Shown here piece by piece: positions 51,013 through 64,000 of a DNA stretch of 64,000 bases. Under the pieces are notes generated by a model. It saw only the letters and a list, made by a program, of their open reading frames with translations, searched no databases and was not told the DNA's origin. The stretch comes from Mytilus trossulus (taxonomy: Eukaryota). A program made the position numbers and the translations under genes. The stretch lies in NCBI RefSeq assembly GCF_036588685.1, contig NC_086379.1:58838001-58902000 (forward strand), in the 5' to 3' direction. How positions within the stretch are numbered: the first letter of the stretch is position 1; every line of letters begins with the position of its first letter.

Positions 51013-51979
51013 ACAGATGAAGGATGTTATTTTTTACATTTAGTTTTGCTTTTATAAATGTTAAAACAACCTGACTCAATTGAACACTTCATATTCCGAC
51101 CTTTTGTTACTTTTACAACATCTGTATTGACCTTCTTAGTACATGACAGATCAAAAGAATTAGCTTATTAGGCCAAATTCTATTTGAAAATCAATGCAGA
51201 ATATTATTACATAAATTTTGTGTTATAGGTATTATGCAAACGAGAGGCGAAAGATACCAGAGGGGCATTCAATCTCATTAATCAAAAATATAAGCCGACA
51301 ATGACATAGAGAAAAAAAGACATAGTCAAACAATTGTACACAAAACACAAAATAGAAAAATAAAGACTAAATAACATGAACCCCACCAAAAACCGGTGGT
51401 AATTTATTAATAGTACTGATTGAGGTTTGTAAATAATTTAATATACAAGACACGCGTTGACGCCCAGATCAAAATACTTTTTTATAAAGCCAAACAAGTA
51501 CAAAGTTCAAGAGCATTGAGGCCCCAAAAGTTGTGTCCAATACGGTTAAGGTAATCTATTCTTGTAACTGATAACTATTCACATATTCGTACTTAGTGGC
51601 AGGATGCATGTTTCTATATTTCATTGATAATATGATTTCTCAGCATGTTGTTAAATGACAAGAGTATTAGGATAATGTCTCATAAAAGTGTTTGTATTCA
51701 ATTTTCATGAACGTATAAAACCCATATTTAAAAAAAAGATGTCATTTCATTTCCTAAGAAAAATACACAATTCATCTGTCAAAACATTGTTAATGTAGAG
51801 TCTATGGTATGCCTGTTATATTAAACCAGGATGTTTTCTTTTAAATTATCTAACTATTTTAGCTAATAATTTGCGATCTGATAGACGGTCAGATATCAAT
51901 AAAAAAAGAAAATAGAAAAAACCTTTGTTGTGTAAAAATCTGTAATCTTTAGTCACGAAAATTCATTGGAAACGGTCTT

Positions 51980-52401
51980 TAATCATACGTGTTTTGATTG
52001 AGTTAAGTCTGCCAATTGATATTTTATCGTGTGTTTTTCTATGTTGTGATGTTATGCTATTGTTTCAGAAAAAGGGAGAAGGTTTGGATCCATTAAAACG
52101 TTTAATCCCGCTGCAAATGTTTGCACCTGTCCTAAGTCAGGAATCTGATGTACAGTAGTTGTCGTTTGTTTATGTAATATATACGTGTTTCTCGTTTTGT
52201 TTATATAGATTAGACCGTTGGTTTTCCCGTTTGAATGGTTTAACACTAGTAATTTTGGGGCCCATTATAGCTTGTTGTTCGGTGTGAACCAAGGCTCCGG
52301 GTTGAAGGCCGTACTTTAACCTATAATGGTTTACTTTTTAAATTGTTATTTGGATGGAGAGTTGTCTCATTGGCACTCAGACCACATCTTCCTATATCTA
52401 T
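51980..52401 (+). mobile_element. Twister-motif-bearing short repeat in the GPCR intron (antisense to the gene)
   Basis: Near-identical to the reverse complement of 16407-16835. Ends in GAGAGTTGTCTCATTGGCACTCAGACCACATCTTCCTATATCTAT. Confidence 0.85.
52065..52148 (+). ncRNA. Twister ribozyme-like motif (type P5 permutation)
   Basis: P5 UCAGA/UCUGA. P2' GGGA-GA-AGG. UAA-UCCC-GC. P3 UGCAAA/UUUGCA. P4 CCUG-UCCUAAGU-CAGG. Confidence 0.7.
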
Positions 52402-53720
52402 TTATAACAGAATTACTTTTTACGTGTTTATCACATAATGACTATGCATAAATTTGAGGCAACAGTAGTTTACCGATGTTCAAATTAAGTACGGTGACCT
52501 ATAGTTGTTAATTTTGTGTCATTTTGGTATCTTGTGGAGAGTTGTCTCATTGGCAATCAGTTGTTGATTAGGTTTGTTACGAGTTCTTCCGTTTATAGAT
52601 ACAAAATAAAGGAAAATACAATAGGAACGAGACAAGGTGCGTCGGTAGAAAGCCTCTGATGCATGCATGCATCTTTCAATATACAAATCCACACCAGTCA
52701 AAATGTCCCAATTGGGAATAAGACACAATGTAATGTCCAGATCAGACGGTTATTCTGGTAACTAAATACTGCGATCACATGTCGCTAGTTAGTTGAAAAC
52801 CAATAGGTGATTCGTTTAGGTGATCATTGTAAATTTGGAATCGTCATTTTTGTTATGGATTTTAGTATGCAATGGTTCATTTTACTTTATTCATAGTATT
52901 TGTTTTCCTTCACACGCTTATATTTATTACATGTATGACCTTGCAGGTAATTTGCATCTTCTATTTCTATTTGTATAGTAACGGTAATTGAGATGATAAT
53001 GTCGCTCTTTCAAATGAAGACTTGAAAAAGTGTGTTTTGCGTAGAAATATTGAAAGATTTGATAATATTGCAAAATCTTCAATGTTATGATTTAACATGG
53101 AATATTGCACTTGTTAACTTATCTAATACTTTTTTCTATGCATGTTGAATTGACGTTTGTTTTTTGTTGCACTTCAGTGTTCTGTTGGTTCGTAGTTTTC
53201 CTCTTGCAGTTGATGTGTTTCTCTCAGTTTAAGTTTGTAACCTGAATTTGTTTTCTCCAAATCGATTTATGACTTTTGAACAGCGGACATGTATTAATGT
53301 TGCCTTAGTTTATTCAACTTTGGCCTAAGATCACAGTAGTCTTTTTCGGTTATGGACTTATTATGAAGTACTGGATCTTTATTCTGTCGCTACGTAATTC
53401 ATCGGTAAAGCTCGACTTAAAACAGTTTCACAGCAATTGAATACAATTTCTTTTCCTTAAAATTTGTATAACAGATAAAATGTGTACGAAAATATATAGA
53501 ATTTAGCTTACTCTGACTGTTTTTTTAGTTGAAGAGAATGTGTTTGAGCGTTTTATTTTGTTTAATAGCTACTGTAGAACCACGATTATGCAAACATGAC
53601 TAATTAAAAATATCCTTGGTGGTTTCTCGTTACTGCTTAATTTGATTATTGCAAATTATGATTACAACGTGCATAAAAAACCAACTCAGAAATGGTTATA
53701 GCCGGTTATAAATTCTTTAC

Positions 53721-54464
53721 CTTTCTCTTTGAATTCGCTAATCGTTCATCTCTCATCGGGACAGCTTCACCTGGTGTTTTCTTTATCCATATAATGTAAC
53801 CTATTCTACTATAGGTACAAGCTAGAGCCATTAGAGGAATAAAATACTGAAGCAGCAAGATAACCAGACTATATACAGATCTGTTCATATCTCCTGTAAA
53901 AACCTCAATACACTGGCCCTTAGGACATTGATCGGTGTCATTTGAATATAAAATTTTAGATGTTATGGCAGTCGGTAAAGGCACAGCGGCAGACATAATC
54001 CATACACATATCAGTACTAATACCACACCTTTGTTAGTTATTTTTGGTCGTAGCGGATGTAAAATAGCTATGTATCTGTCAATACTCATTGCTAGCATTG
54101 TCAACGCACTAGAAAATACAGCAACAACTTGAATGTAAGTTCCCAGTGGGCAGGTGAATGATCCGAACGGCCAATAATGAAATATCAGATTTGCCATAAT
54201 TGTTATAGGCAACATTAATGCTTTGATGATATCGCTAAAGGCAAGATTTAATAGAAATAAATTGGTAACACTGCGCATTCTGTGATCATTAATTATAAGG
54301 TAGCACACAACGCCATTTCCAAATATAGCCACAATTAGAACAACACTGTACATAATGAGAAGAAAGCTCTCCCACGGACCGATCTCAGATATACAAACAT
54401 CGTCTATATCAATTACAGGAAAAGATTTGTCTGTGCTGTTCTCCATGGTGTGATGTTCTATCAT
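53721..54464 (-). CDS. Luqin/RYamide-type neuropeptide GPCR (rhodopsin class), coding exon TM1-ICL3; spliced protein about 363 aa
   Basis: GN in TM1, LAFSD in TM2, WPFG..C, DRY, YFIPL. ICL3 PGEA...RD.RL..SKRK|MVKMM is typical of RYamide/luqin receptors. GT donor at 53720. Confidence 0.92.
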
Positions 54465-55904
54465 TACAGTACTTTTATCCTGAAGAAATACAAATAATTT
54501 GCAGTTAGTATGAAATTAATCTGTGATGAATATTATGAAGTACATTTCTTTTTACGTACATAATTTACATTGAACAAGGAAACGTTGTCATTTTATTGCA
54601 ATCTGTTGTCAGTTGATATGCATGATTGGTCTTTCAATAGTAAGTAAACAATTGTATAAAAAATTAACTCATGTAAATATATGTTTGAACAAATATTTTG
54701 CTATAGACATGCAGGTAAATATGCCGTTGACATGGCATTATGGCATTGGAATGTTTGCCTGTAAACACGAACTCGAGTACAATACACCTATACTAAACGT
54801 TTTCTAGTAGAAAAAAAGTGCACCGTTCGTACATTAAAGCCCTGTAGACTATCGTAGTATAACCGTATATATTAAAAACATGTGGTGGCTGTTAAACCAT
54901 AAATTTATCTGATTAATTTTTTTTAAATGTTTTGAAACCGACACATTTTTGTTTTACCCCCTCTTCGGTGTTTTATTCAATTTCGGGCTTTCAAATTCTT
55001 TGTCTTCGAGCATTACTAAAGAGCCATTAATTGTCGTATTGTGCATCTGGTGCAATAAAATTGGTACTGTGTGTGTTATTAAAACTGCAGGAATGTATCA
55101 TTCAACAATGTTTAGTACGAAAACATTCACCTGCCCGTTCAGCACATTAAATATTCATCAATATTAGTGCATTCAGTTGATAAATATGCTTTTGTTTTAT
55201 TGATAAATTATATACATATACATATTCTGTATATTAGTTAAATGAATTCGAATTACAATTGATATCGCAAATTAATCACGTTATAACATATACATGGTAA
55301 TTTTCGTAAAAATTATCGACACGCGGATTATTTTCTGAAACATAATCTGACCAGTCACTAAATTGTTGGTTTTTTTTAATTACCAACATACAGTATTAAA
55401 ACTGGTTTAAAACTATATTGATGCTTCATAGAGGCAAAAGTGTCACTGTTGTTCAAAATTCATGAATCGATTGAGAGAAAACAAATCCGGGTTATAAACT
55501 AAAACCGAGAGAAACACATCACCTATAACAGGAAACAACGAAACAACAGAAACTGAAGTTCAACAAAAACAAACAACAACGCAACTTACATGTAAACGAA
55601 CTATGACATAAAAACTGCCATATTCTTGACTTGGTAAAGGACATTTTAAGATAAAAAAAAAATGGTGGGTCCAAGCTGGTTTTGTAGTAAGCCAAACCTC
55701 CCGCTTAATGGCAATGTTGGAAATACCACTAAAATGACAACATTTAATAAAATTCAATATTGCCTCCGTGGTTATTTATTGAGACATGAATGTAAAAAGA
55801 CAATTACAGTTTCATGTATATACATTAAAATTAAAGATAGAAAGAAAGCCTGAGAAAAACGTCGAAACTTGTCAAATTGATGAACAGTTACAATCCAAAG
55901 ATAG

Positions 55905-56100
55905 ACATGTTTTTCAACAGACTGTCGGCATTCCATTAGGAACCAATTGTGTCCCTCTTCTTGCCGACTTGTTTTATTATAATGAGGCATACTTCATACG
56001 GGAACTTCTTAGGAAGAAAGTTAAGAAACTGGCAAAATCCTTTGACTTTACTTTCCGCTATATAGATTACTGTCTCTCTGGTATCTTTCGCCCCTCTTTC
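55905..56100 (+). pseudogene. PLE RT core fragment
   Basis: VFQQTVGIPLGTNCVPLLADLFYY...FTFRYID (RT motifs 4-5) fused directly to the GGTATCTTTCGCCCCTCT 3' tail. Confidence 0.85.
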
Positions 56101-57111
56101 AACTATTATATTTAACTAATGCAAGCAAAATAAGACTTATAGTGAAAAAAAACAATGGTGTCTTAATCAGCTGATAAAACCTGGTGAATGTTTTTCGTCC
56201 ATCTATATTTTCGGTTCTTTGTATAAATATATTCCACTGTTGTTCAAATATGTTAAAAAGGTCCCTTTAGAATGAATCTTTAACGAATATTTCAAATCCT
56301 CAGTCCTGAAAACAAATCGCTGTTTGCCGTCGATATTGAAATGACAAACTTGAAACACAAATAAAAGATCTTGGAAAAATCTTTCCGATTGCAAAAAAAT
56401 AAAATAAAAATTGGGCTTTCTAGATCAATTTAATTTACTTGTTCTTGTGCATATTCCATTAAACTGTCATGAAAACCATTTAAAATAACTGAATAATCTA
56501 TACTATACAATATTAAAAACATGTAAATTAAACGACTCAAGTCCTACAAAGACCATCTTGTAGGGAAATGCCGTCAAAGGTACAATATGTTATTTTTTCA
56601 GAATTGATATAATGTCACTTATATAACTCGACTTAAAAGTCGGTTAAACAAAGCAAACATTATGAAATTATTCTTTTCATTTACATGTAATACAGCTGTC
56701 GGTGTCAGCCCCATTAAGCTATACAATGTAGACAACAGAAACTATCAAGACATGTAAGGAAAAATAAATTACTTAAAATAAGTAGTTAAAGCAAAAGCAA
56801 AAAGAAACGCCGTCGGAAAAAAGAAAAGATTGTTGCCGCTAAGTGAAACTTTTTTTTTGAACAATTTTATGGAACAAATTTCATGAATTCTTATATAATT
56901 TCTTATTGATTGTTTTACAGATGACGGAGGGAATTTTAACAAGGCCAAAGCAAATTTATATTATTTGTCTCATTTCCGAATTAATCTTCTGTGCACAGCT
57001 TGCTATTGACGAAACGGCTTATAGATATAAGAAGATGTGATATAAGTGCCAATGAGACAACTCTCTATACAATAAACTCAACATAGATATCAGGACTAAA
57101 TATTGTATATA

Positions 57112-57153
57112 CGCCTGACGCGCGCTTCGTCTACAAAAGACTCATCAGTGACG
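57112..57153 (-). ncRNA. Hammerhead (GAAA to GAAG variant) in a family A fragment (57073-57215)
   Basis: CGUCA-CUGAUGA-GUCU(UUUGU)AGAC-GAAG-CGCGC-GUC-AGGCG. Confidence 0.6.
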
Positions 57154-57308
57154 CTCGAATACAAAAAAGTTAACAAGGCCAAATAAAGTACGAAGTTAAA
57201 GAGCATTGAGGACCATGCAAAAGTCACAATTTGCAAAAGTAAACCATTATAGGTCAAAGTACGGTTTTGAACACGGAGCCGTGGCTAATACTGAACAGCA
57301 AGATATAA

Positions 57309-57964
57309 GGTAGCAATAAACAGTTAGGAAAAAATAATAAAATGTGCCCTTATGAATTTAAACATTCCCTTTTCATTGCTTTCTTGCAATATCAAGCTTA
57401 CTGTTTGTGTCATATATGGGCATATGTATGTAATCAGAATCTTCCATAGATTTTATTTCCAGTATATAAAATGGTAAAATATTATTTCTTTTTGGTGTAT
57501 CCATGGCAACAATCTGCATTTAATTGTTATAAAATATTGCAAAAGGGGGGGGGGGGAAGATGTCACATATTTCCCCAAAATTTGTCTAAAAGTAAAATTT
57601 CAATCGCTTGAAGTAATACCTTTTCTGAAACTGTGTACATATATCATTCAGCAAATCCAATGAAAATCGTCTCATATTTTTGTAAAATTGGGTCAAAAAC
57701 TTCGTGTAGAAAAAGAGTGTTTGTAAACAGTAAATTAATTTCTGGACCGACGGCCGGTCTAGCTATGAAAATACGGACTGTCAAACAGAAAACAGCCCAT
57801 AAAACATGTAAAAAAATCATCTTGATGCTCTTATAAACCATCTTTGAAGCCTAAATTAGCACTCATCTGTCTAAAAATGAATTTTATTACACAATAACTT
57901 TCCTATTTGAAAAATACACAGGGGCCATAATGCGAAACTAAACTCCTAACTGTGTATTGCTACC
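57309..57964. mobile_element. MITE with GGTAGC TIRs and TAA TSD
   Basis: TIRs GGTAGCAATAAACAGTTAGGA / TCCTAACTGTGTATTGCTACC. Removing it plus one TAA restores the host repeat seen uninterrupted at ~16535 (AAGCTATAAAGGGCCCC). Confidence 0.9.
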
Positions 57965-60900
57965 TAAAGGGTCCCCAAATGAACTCAAACCGGACACCCA
58001 ACGATTTAATCTATAAAAACGAATAATGAGGGGGAAAAACCATTGTGAACAACATCAACAACCACTGAACATCAGGTTCCTGACTTGTAAATGAAAAAAA
58101 AAACCATCAACAGACAACAATTTCGTCTCACCTACATGTTAAAATTGTATCAAAATTTTGATAAAGAAATTATAATATAAATCTTATCAAGTGTGCATTA
58201 TTAGAAATATATAGATTATGTAACATTATCTACAACTTCGAAGAGTTTATACTAAACTTTGCTTAAGTGAAATTTTTTTTTTTATCATTAACATGCATTC
58301 ACAAATTGATAGCTCTTAAACACGAAGATGTCGATCAAACATCAACGAAAGTAGGAACAGCTTTGTTGTCAAACTGAAGAAAACGAAACACATACAGTAG
58401 CCATCATCAGCACAGTTGCCCTTATTCATTTTGCTTTATAACCTGAGAATTAGTGAGATTTTTTATTCATTATATGCCTTTATTTTGCAAAATTATTCTT
58501 TCGTTTAATCTTTATATACAATTGATAATAATGCGGATTCTGAACGTTAATCTATGAGCTATCAACAATTATATATGTATGTGTAACAAGCACATATTCA
58601 TACCAATTTATAAAATATCATAAGCACAAGTAACATCAACAGAACATCGCGACACTAATTGTAACAGCAATTGATGCAAAGTAATTGTAGAGTCATAGTT
58701 CAGAGAAAATCCAAAAAGTAAATATTTGTTAAACACTGATACTAGTAAAAGTTCCATCATGTTTTTATTTCTTTCTATGGATAATCATTATCGATATCGT
58801 TTCCTACATCGTATTGTTAAGAGTTCCTGCTTATGACCAATCTATGTAGGCTTTGTTAGCTCTGTCAATACCAATCAATGGCTGCCACTACCATGACTGA
58901 TCTGGTTGATCATCTTTTGTGTATTTGTATTGTATATAATAAACTTACACTTTTCAATCGCGTATTTGGGACACATTCGAGTAGGTCATTGATTTTTTTA
59001 CTGTCAGTAAATATGTCAAAAAAGAAAATGAGATTTGAAAAATTATTAGGATTGAGATAACTTAATTAAATCGACTTGTGGATACCAGTTCAATTTCATG
59101 TTTAAATATACAATTGTAATAAACCAACAAAAGTGTTAATATTAATTTCGTATCGGAAGTTTTAATCAAATTACATGGTTGTTTTTGTAATTTGTTGTAT
59201 AAAAACCATTTGAAACATGCGGACACGAGAAAGAGTTACTTTAGAATGCCATTAATGTAGGGTGAACAATTCATTGAAGTACAAATGATTTAGGATGGAC
59301 AATAGAAACAGTAATGAATTGCTTTATATCCGCCAAATATAATAAAGACAAATTCTTAATCGTGTTAAAAGTTTACAATACTTAAATGCATTGGACATTT
59401 CTACTTGTAGTACTGAGAAACTAATAAACAACAAAACAGATTGTTAGACGCCTACATCGAAATGACTGCTATCAAAATCATTCATTAAGGGTTTACTTGA
59501 AAGGATTTTGAGATAAACAGTCCCACCTTCATTTAAGCTAACTGGATGATGTTATAGCTAAATAAAGAAATTGTATGGTCTCATATGTATTTCATCTTTT
59601 TATTATTACTATCTTACTTCAAACTTCCACTTATTTCTAAGCTTATATGAACTTTTGTATTGTATAAACAGAATTTTATTGTATAAACGCTTTGAATCTT
59701 TTACTATCGAATCAACGATGATTTTGTTTTGATCATTTCCTAAGTGCAGAAATCTCAGACTGACTTCAGACTTTGACAAACACACATTTTGCTTTGAAAT
59801 ATTTATTATTACCTCTCTACGATATTTATTATAATTTAGTTCTAAACCCATAAATTCAAATTCCAGGGAAGGCAATTATGATATACAACAAATTTGTAAA
59901 ATTTTGCTTTTTTGTATACGAACCTTGATTTGTTTTACTTATTCAGCAAAATCAACTTAGTGTTTATGCAGTTTCAGCTTCTCTAACTTACACATAAGAC
60001 TTATAGTGTAAAAACAATGGTGTCTCAATCAGCTGATACATGTAGAACCTGGTGTATGTTTTCAGTAACAACAAGAAGTCTATATTATAAAGTATTGTAT
60101 AGTGATGTTTATATACCTATCTGTTTGATGTGCTATTATTACGATAATATCTCTTTAAGAATTTCATACCAATTCTTGAATGTGATGAGACCGTTAGAAT
60201 TTTGCCTTGGTTTACATCTAGATGTTACATGTTGCCAAACTACTTGCATAACATATGTAAACACTTATCGATTTCAATACATATATATTCATGCGTGATA
60301 GACCTACGTATGTATCAGGGATATGTTTTAAGAACGTTCACATTGAAAAGGGGAAAATTGAGAATTGTAATGTTTTTTTTTACATTTTTACGATAAATTG
60401 ACGGAATCGTGACACTTTTTATGTTTTCTTGTGTATCATATACGAAACACATTCAGAGCATTAATCGTGTCTTGTTAAAAACAATTTAAAAAATAATCTA
60501 TCATGTCGCATTTTTGTTCAACCCGAGAAACCTTGTCAACGAAGTAGTTTTTAATTTGATTCTTTGTAAAATCCTCTTATTATTGCAATCTTTGAAATCT
60601 CATTTGAATTAATAGGCTATTTGTTTTCTGTGGAAATTACATCTTTCTTCTGATTTATTGTGAGAAGTCGATATCCGTATTTACTTTGTGAAATATATAT
60701 CTTCCTAAAAATCTCCATTTTTCAGTGTAGGTTTTCACCCTTAACAGCAAATACAGAAGACTTTTTATATGGACTACTTTTTTCAATCTCCATACTTATC
60801 TTTTTAATTAAATGTCTTTCTTTATATTCTAATAACGACATAAAGGTTTCTGTAATGGCCACTTAAAGGTTTTCAGGGTTGCATTAATGACGATTTGATG

Positions 60901-63169
60901 TTATCTGAATTATTTTATCAAACGAGTGATTAAGCATCGCACATTCATAAAAGAAGCAAAATAAAAACTCATCCATGTGATGTCATTTTGACGTCTATTG
61001 AATATATATATATATATAACATCACGCATGCCTGCAGACGACATTTATATTAGTGTAATGATTTGTTGTCTGAATGTGAATGTTTTTCGATTTAAAGAAA
61101 TATTGGATGTAGTTATTTTTTTATAGTATTGCTTAAATCACATTAATAGATGTTTAGAGCCCAAAATATCACCGCGCTTTTGTTATTGGATAAAACATGA
61201 TGTCTTTTCTGCTTTAATGGTGTTGTTGAATTTGTATCTCATTGATGCATGCTTCATATATGCTTTAATTTAATTAAAGAAGACTAAAAAATGCTTTACA
61301 TTATATCGCACTGCGTCAGATCATAGATTTAATGGTCAGATTGATTGTAGTCAATTTGCATAATCTTTTACATCGATAATGATAAATATTTTCATCGAAG
61401 AATAAGATTAAGAATTGTCGTTATAAATCTTCACTAGGTTTGTACTTCACTGCCAAAAGTAGTCCACAATTTTGAATCACGTATGTTCAATTTTAATAAG
61501 GCCATGGAAGGTCAAAATCTTGATAATTTAAAATTTCGAAGATCTTTTTTCATGTACCATTCAGAGTCTTTGATCCTGTAATGCCCTTACATAAATAGAA
61601 ATAGAAAGAGATGTAAGATCAAAGTCAACGAGCTAGTAACCCACGACACATATAACAAAAACAAACCCCAACAGTTAAGCAGAATTATAGAAATAACATA
61701 TGACCGGTTCAGATTAATTAAGTTGCTAACTGTCGTGACAATTGGAAAAAAAATACGAACTTTTATAAATACAATTCATGTAGATGTAATTAGCAAAGTT
61801 TGTTTTCGCTTTGATGTCGTTCAATGCTTACCGGAAATAGTTAGGGGTTATATATTATTTTTATAAAGTTGGTCTTTACAGCACACCTGATTGTTCATTC
61901 GGTTATCTGTAATTTCATAAATGTTTAAATTTAAGATTGTTTTCTTGGTTGCAATCAAAGCATATCATCTATTTGTTTTTATTATTTGTTATACTTATAG
62001 AAACATCATCTCAGCGCTCGTTGTGCACTAAATCGCATATAATGTACGCTATTAAATATTCCTTTGTTCAAGAAGAATTTATTTTACAGTAAACGGTGCG
62101 AAACTGTCAACAAATGAAGCAATTAATATCACCGTAAGATAATCAGACACGAGTAAATGAAGTTATACAAATGAACGTATCTGGTACCATATTAAATAAA
62201 TGGTTACTGCACAACACATTGACACAATAAATATCAAAATTAATATTTATAATTAACTAGATTAATGTGTGCGGTCATGAAATCAGAATATAATTATCCT
62301 ATCATTCTTTCTTTCAGGAGGTAATTTGTTTAAAAACTTAAAGAAATTTGTATCAGATAGTCGGAACTGCTTCAATGATTCACACAAGCACTGTCGTCAT
62401 CGCAGGTACAATGAATAATCAAAAGCAGCATAAAAGTCCTTCAAGTGCTGTTTAAAATAGAAACTTAATTAGTTTGCACCAATAAACCATTGAAAAATGT
62501 CAGAAACAAACTTAAGAACCGTACTTGTAAATATTACATTTGCTATCCTGTAAAGTATAAACTCCAATAAATCCAAGGCTTTCGTTGGATACGAGTCATT
62601 AAATTCTTAGTTTTATAGTTGTGTCTCTTCATTTTAACCGATATCTTTTCAATGCACTCCTCCGATTTATATTTTTTATAGACACAGAGATTTATAGTAA
62701 TATGAAGAACTTTTATGCTACTTCTCATTTATTGTACAATTGTACATGCAATTATGGCAATGATTTGTGTAAAACGTTGTAGCATTCCCCATTATCTAAT
62801 ACCGATTTCTTTTATGTTTTTAAACAAATTAGCACCTGAATGAAGCATGATATGACACATTATAATTAAATGCTCATCACCACTTTACTTTGTATTTATT
62901 TATTTGTGATAATCTGTCATATCCGTCATTTTTTCATGAATGTGAAAGACTACTGATACATCTGAAGTAGTAACTATCAATACTAGTATAGTAAAATTGC
63001 ATCCATGTTCAGCTGTTATAAAAAAGATGTAGTATAATGTATTTATTATTACGAGAATCATAAAAGTAGTGGTAAATTAAAGGTTGAAGACCAATTTACT
63101 TGTGAATATGTTTAAATAATTCGACATGCGATTGAACTTGATTGTAGTTTCATATTCTTAAGTTAAAAA

Positions 63170-63372
63170 AAACATGCTCAAATATACAAGTACATGAATT
63201 AGGCCGTTAGTTTTCTCGTTTGAATTATTTGGGGCCTTTTATATTTGACTATGCGGTATTGGCTTTGCTCATTGTTGAAGGCCGTGGGTGCGTATAGTTG
63301 TTAATTTCTGTGTCATTTTGGTCTCTTGTGGAAAGTTGTTTCATAAGCAATCATACCTTATCTTCTTTTTAA
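63170..63372 (+). repeat. Short retroposon-like repeat 3' fragment
   Basis: Reverse complement homolog of 31840-32100. Ends in a variant of the shared terminal hairpin. Confidence 0.65.
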
Positions 63373-64000
63373 TATAGTAGTAAAATTGACTGTAAAAGAT
63401 TGAGACAAGTACATGCGTCAGATAAAAGTTCTTAGAAATTAGTATTAACATATGAGAACCCGTCTTTATATCTTACTTGGTTGAGATTTTAGCTTCCAAG
63501 AGTCTATAATTAACTTGTTTACAGTCTCCGTTTGCAAAATGAATTCTTTCAGTTTACAAAACAAGTATTTTTTTTCAACATTATTATTAAGTATGGGGAA
63601 AACAAATGTATTAAATTTCAAGGTTGTATAATAACACGAAGTAAAAAAAAAATTATAAAACAGGGTGGAATAAATGAAAATGACAACCTGGCGTCAAATC
63701 GCTACCAGTCTGCACATGACTGTATATTCATATTGCTCGAGCGTTAATACTTCTAATCATAGCATTTATAGGTATAAATTCAATTATGTTGGAAGTCTCG
63801 TTATTTAACAAAACTAAGGTAGACACAAGAAAGAAAAAACTGAAAGTAGATGTCAATTCTATGATCAAAATTGAGACTTCCGAAATGACATTTTACATAG
63901 GTTTCCAGTTGTTGGTTGTGTTTTCCTTGTCTAACGCAATGAATGCAGAATATTTCTGTAATACTTTTCCCAATACACGCAATGATTAAAAAACAAAAAA

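Noticed and set aside
263-63989. Most 60-110 aa ORFs in the track
   Set aside because: Low-complexity AT-rich frames or translations of non-coding repeats (for example VDETRVWR is the hammerhead), with no domain signal.

Overview
AT-rich, repeat-dense animal DNA. The repeat families look like those of a bivalve, probably Mytilus-like (inference). There is one clear host gene: a two-coding-exon luqin/RYamide-type neuropeptide GPCR on the minus strand (54464-49302). The rest is mostly transposon-derived: a 4.55 kb Sola2-like element with ~940 bp TIRs, an intron-containing Harbinger transposase pseudogene, a decayed Tc1 element, several MITEs with readable TIRs/TSDs, and Penelope-like (PLE) RT fragments. 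The most notable signal is at the RNA level. The short dispersed repeats are built from structured-RNA modules: (1) minimal type I hammerhead ribozymes in ~315-370 nt tandem retrozyme-like units; (2) a circularly permuted (type P5) twister-ribozyme-like motif with covarying pseudoknots and an unusual palindrome-containing P1 region; (3) two further conserved, covarying motifs of unknown function. All structures were read by eye and none has been tested computationally or biochemically.
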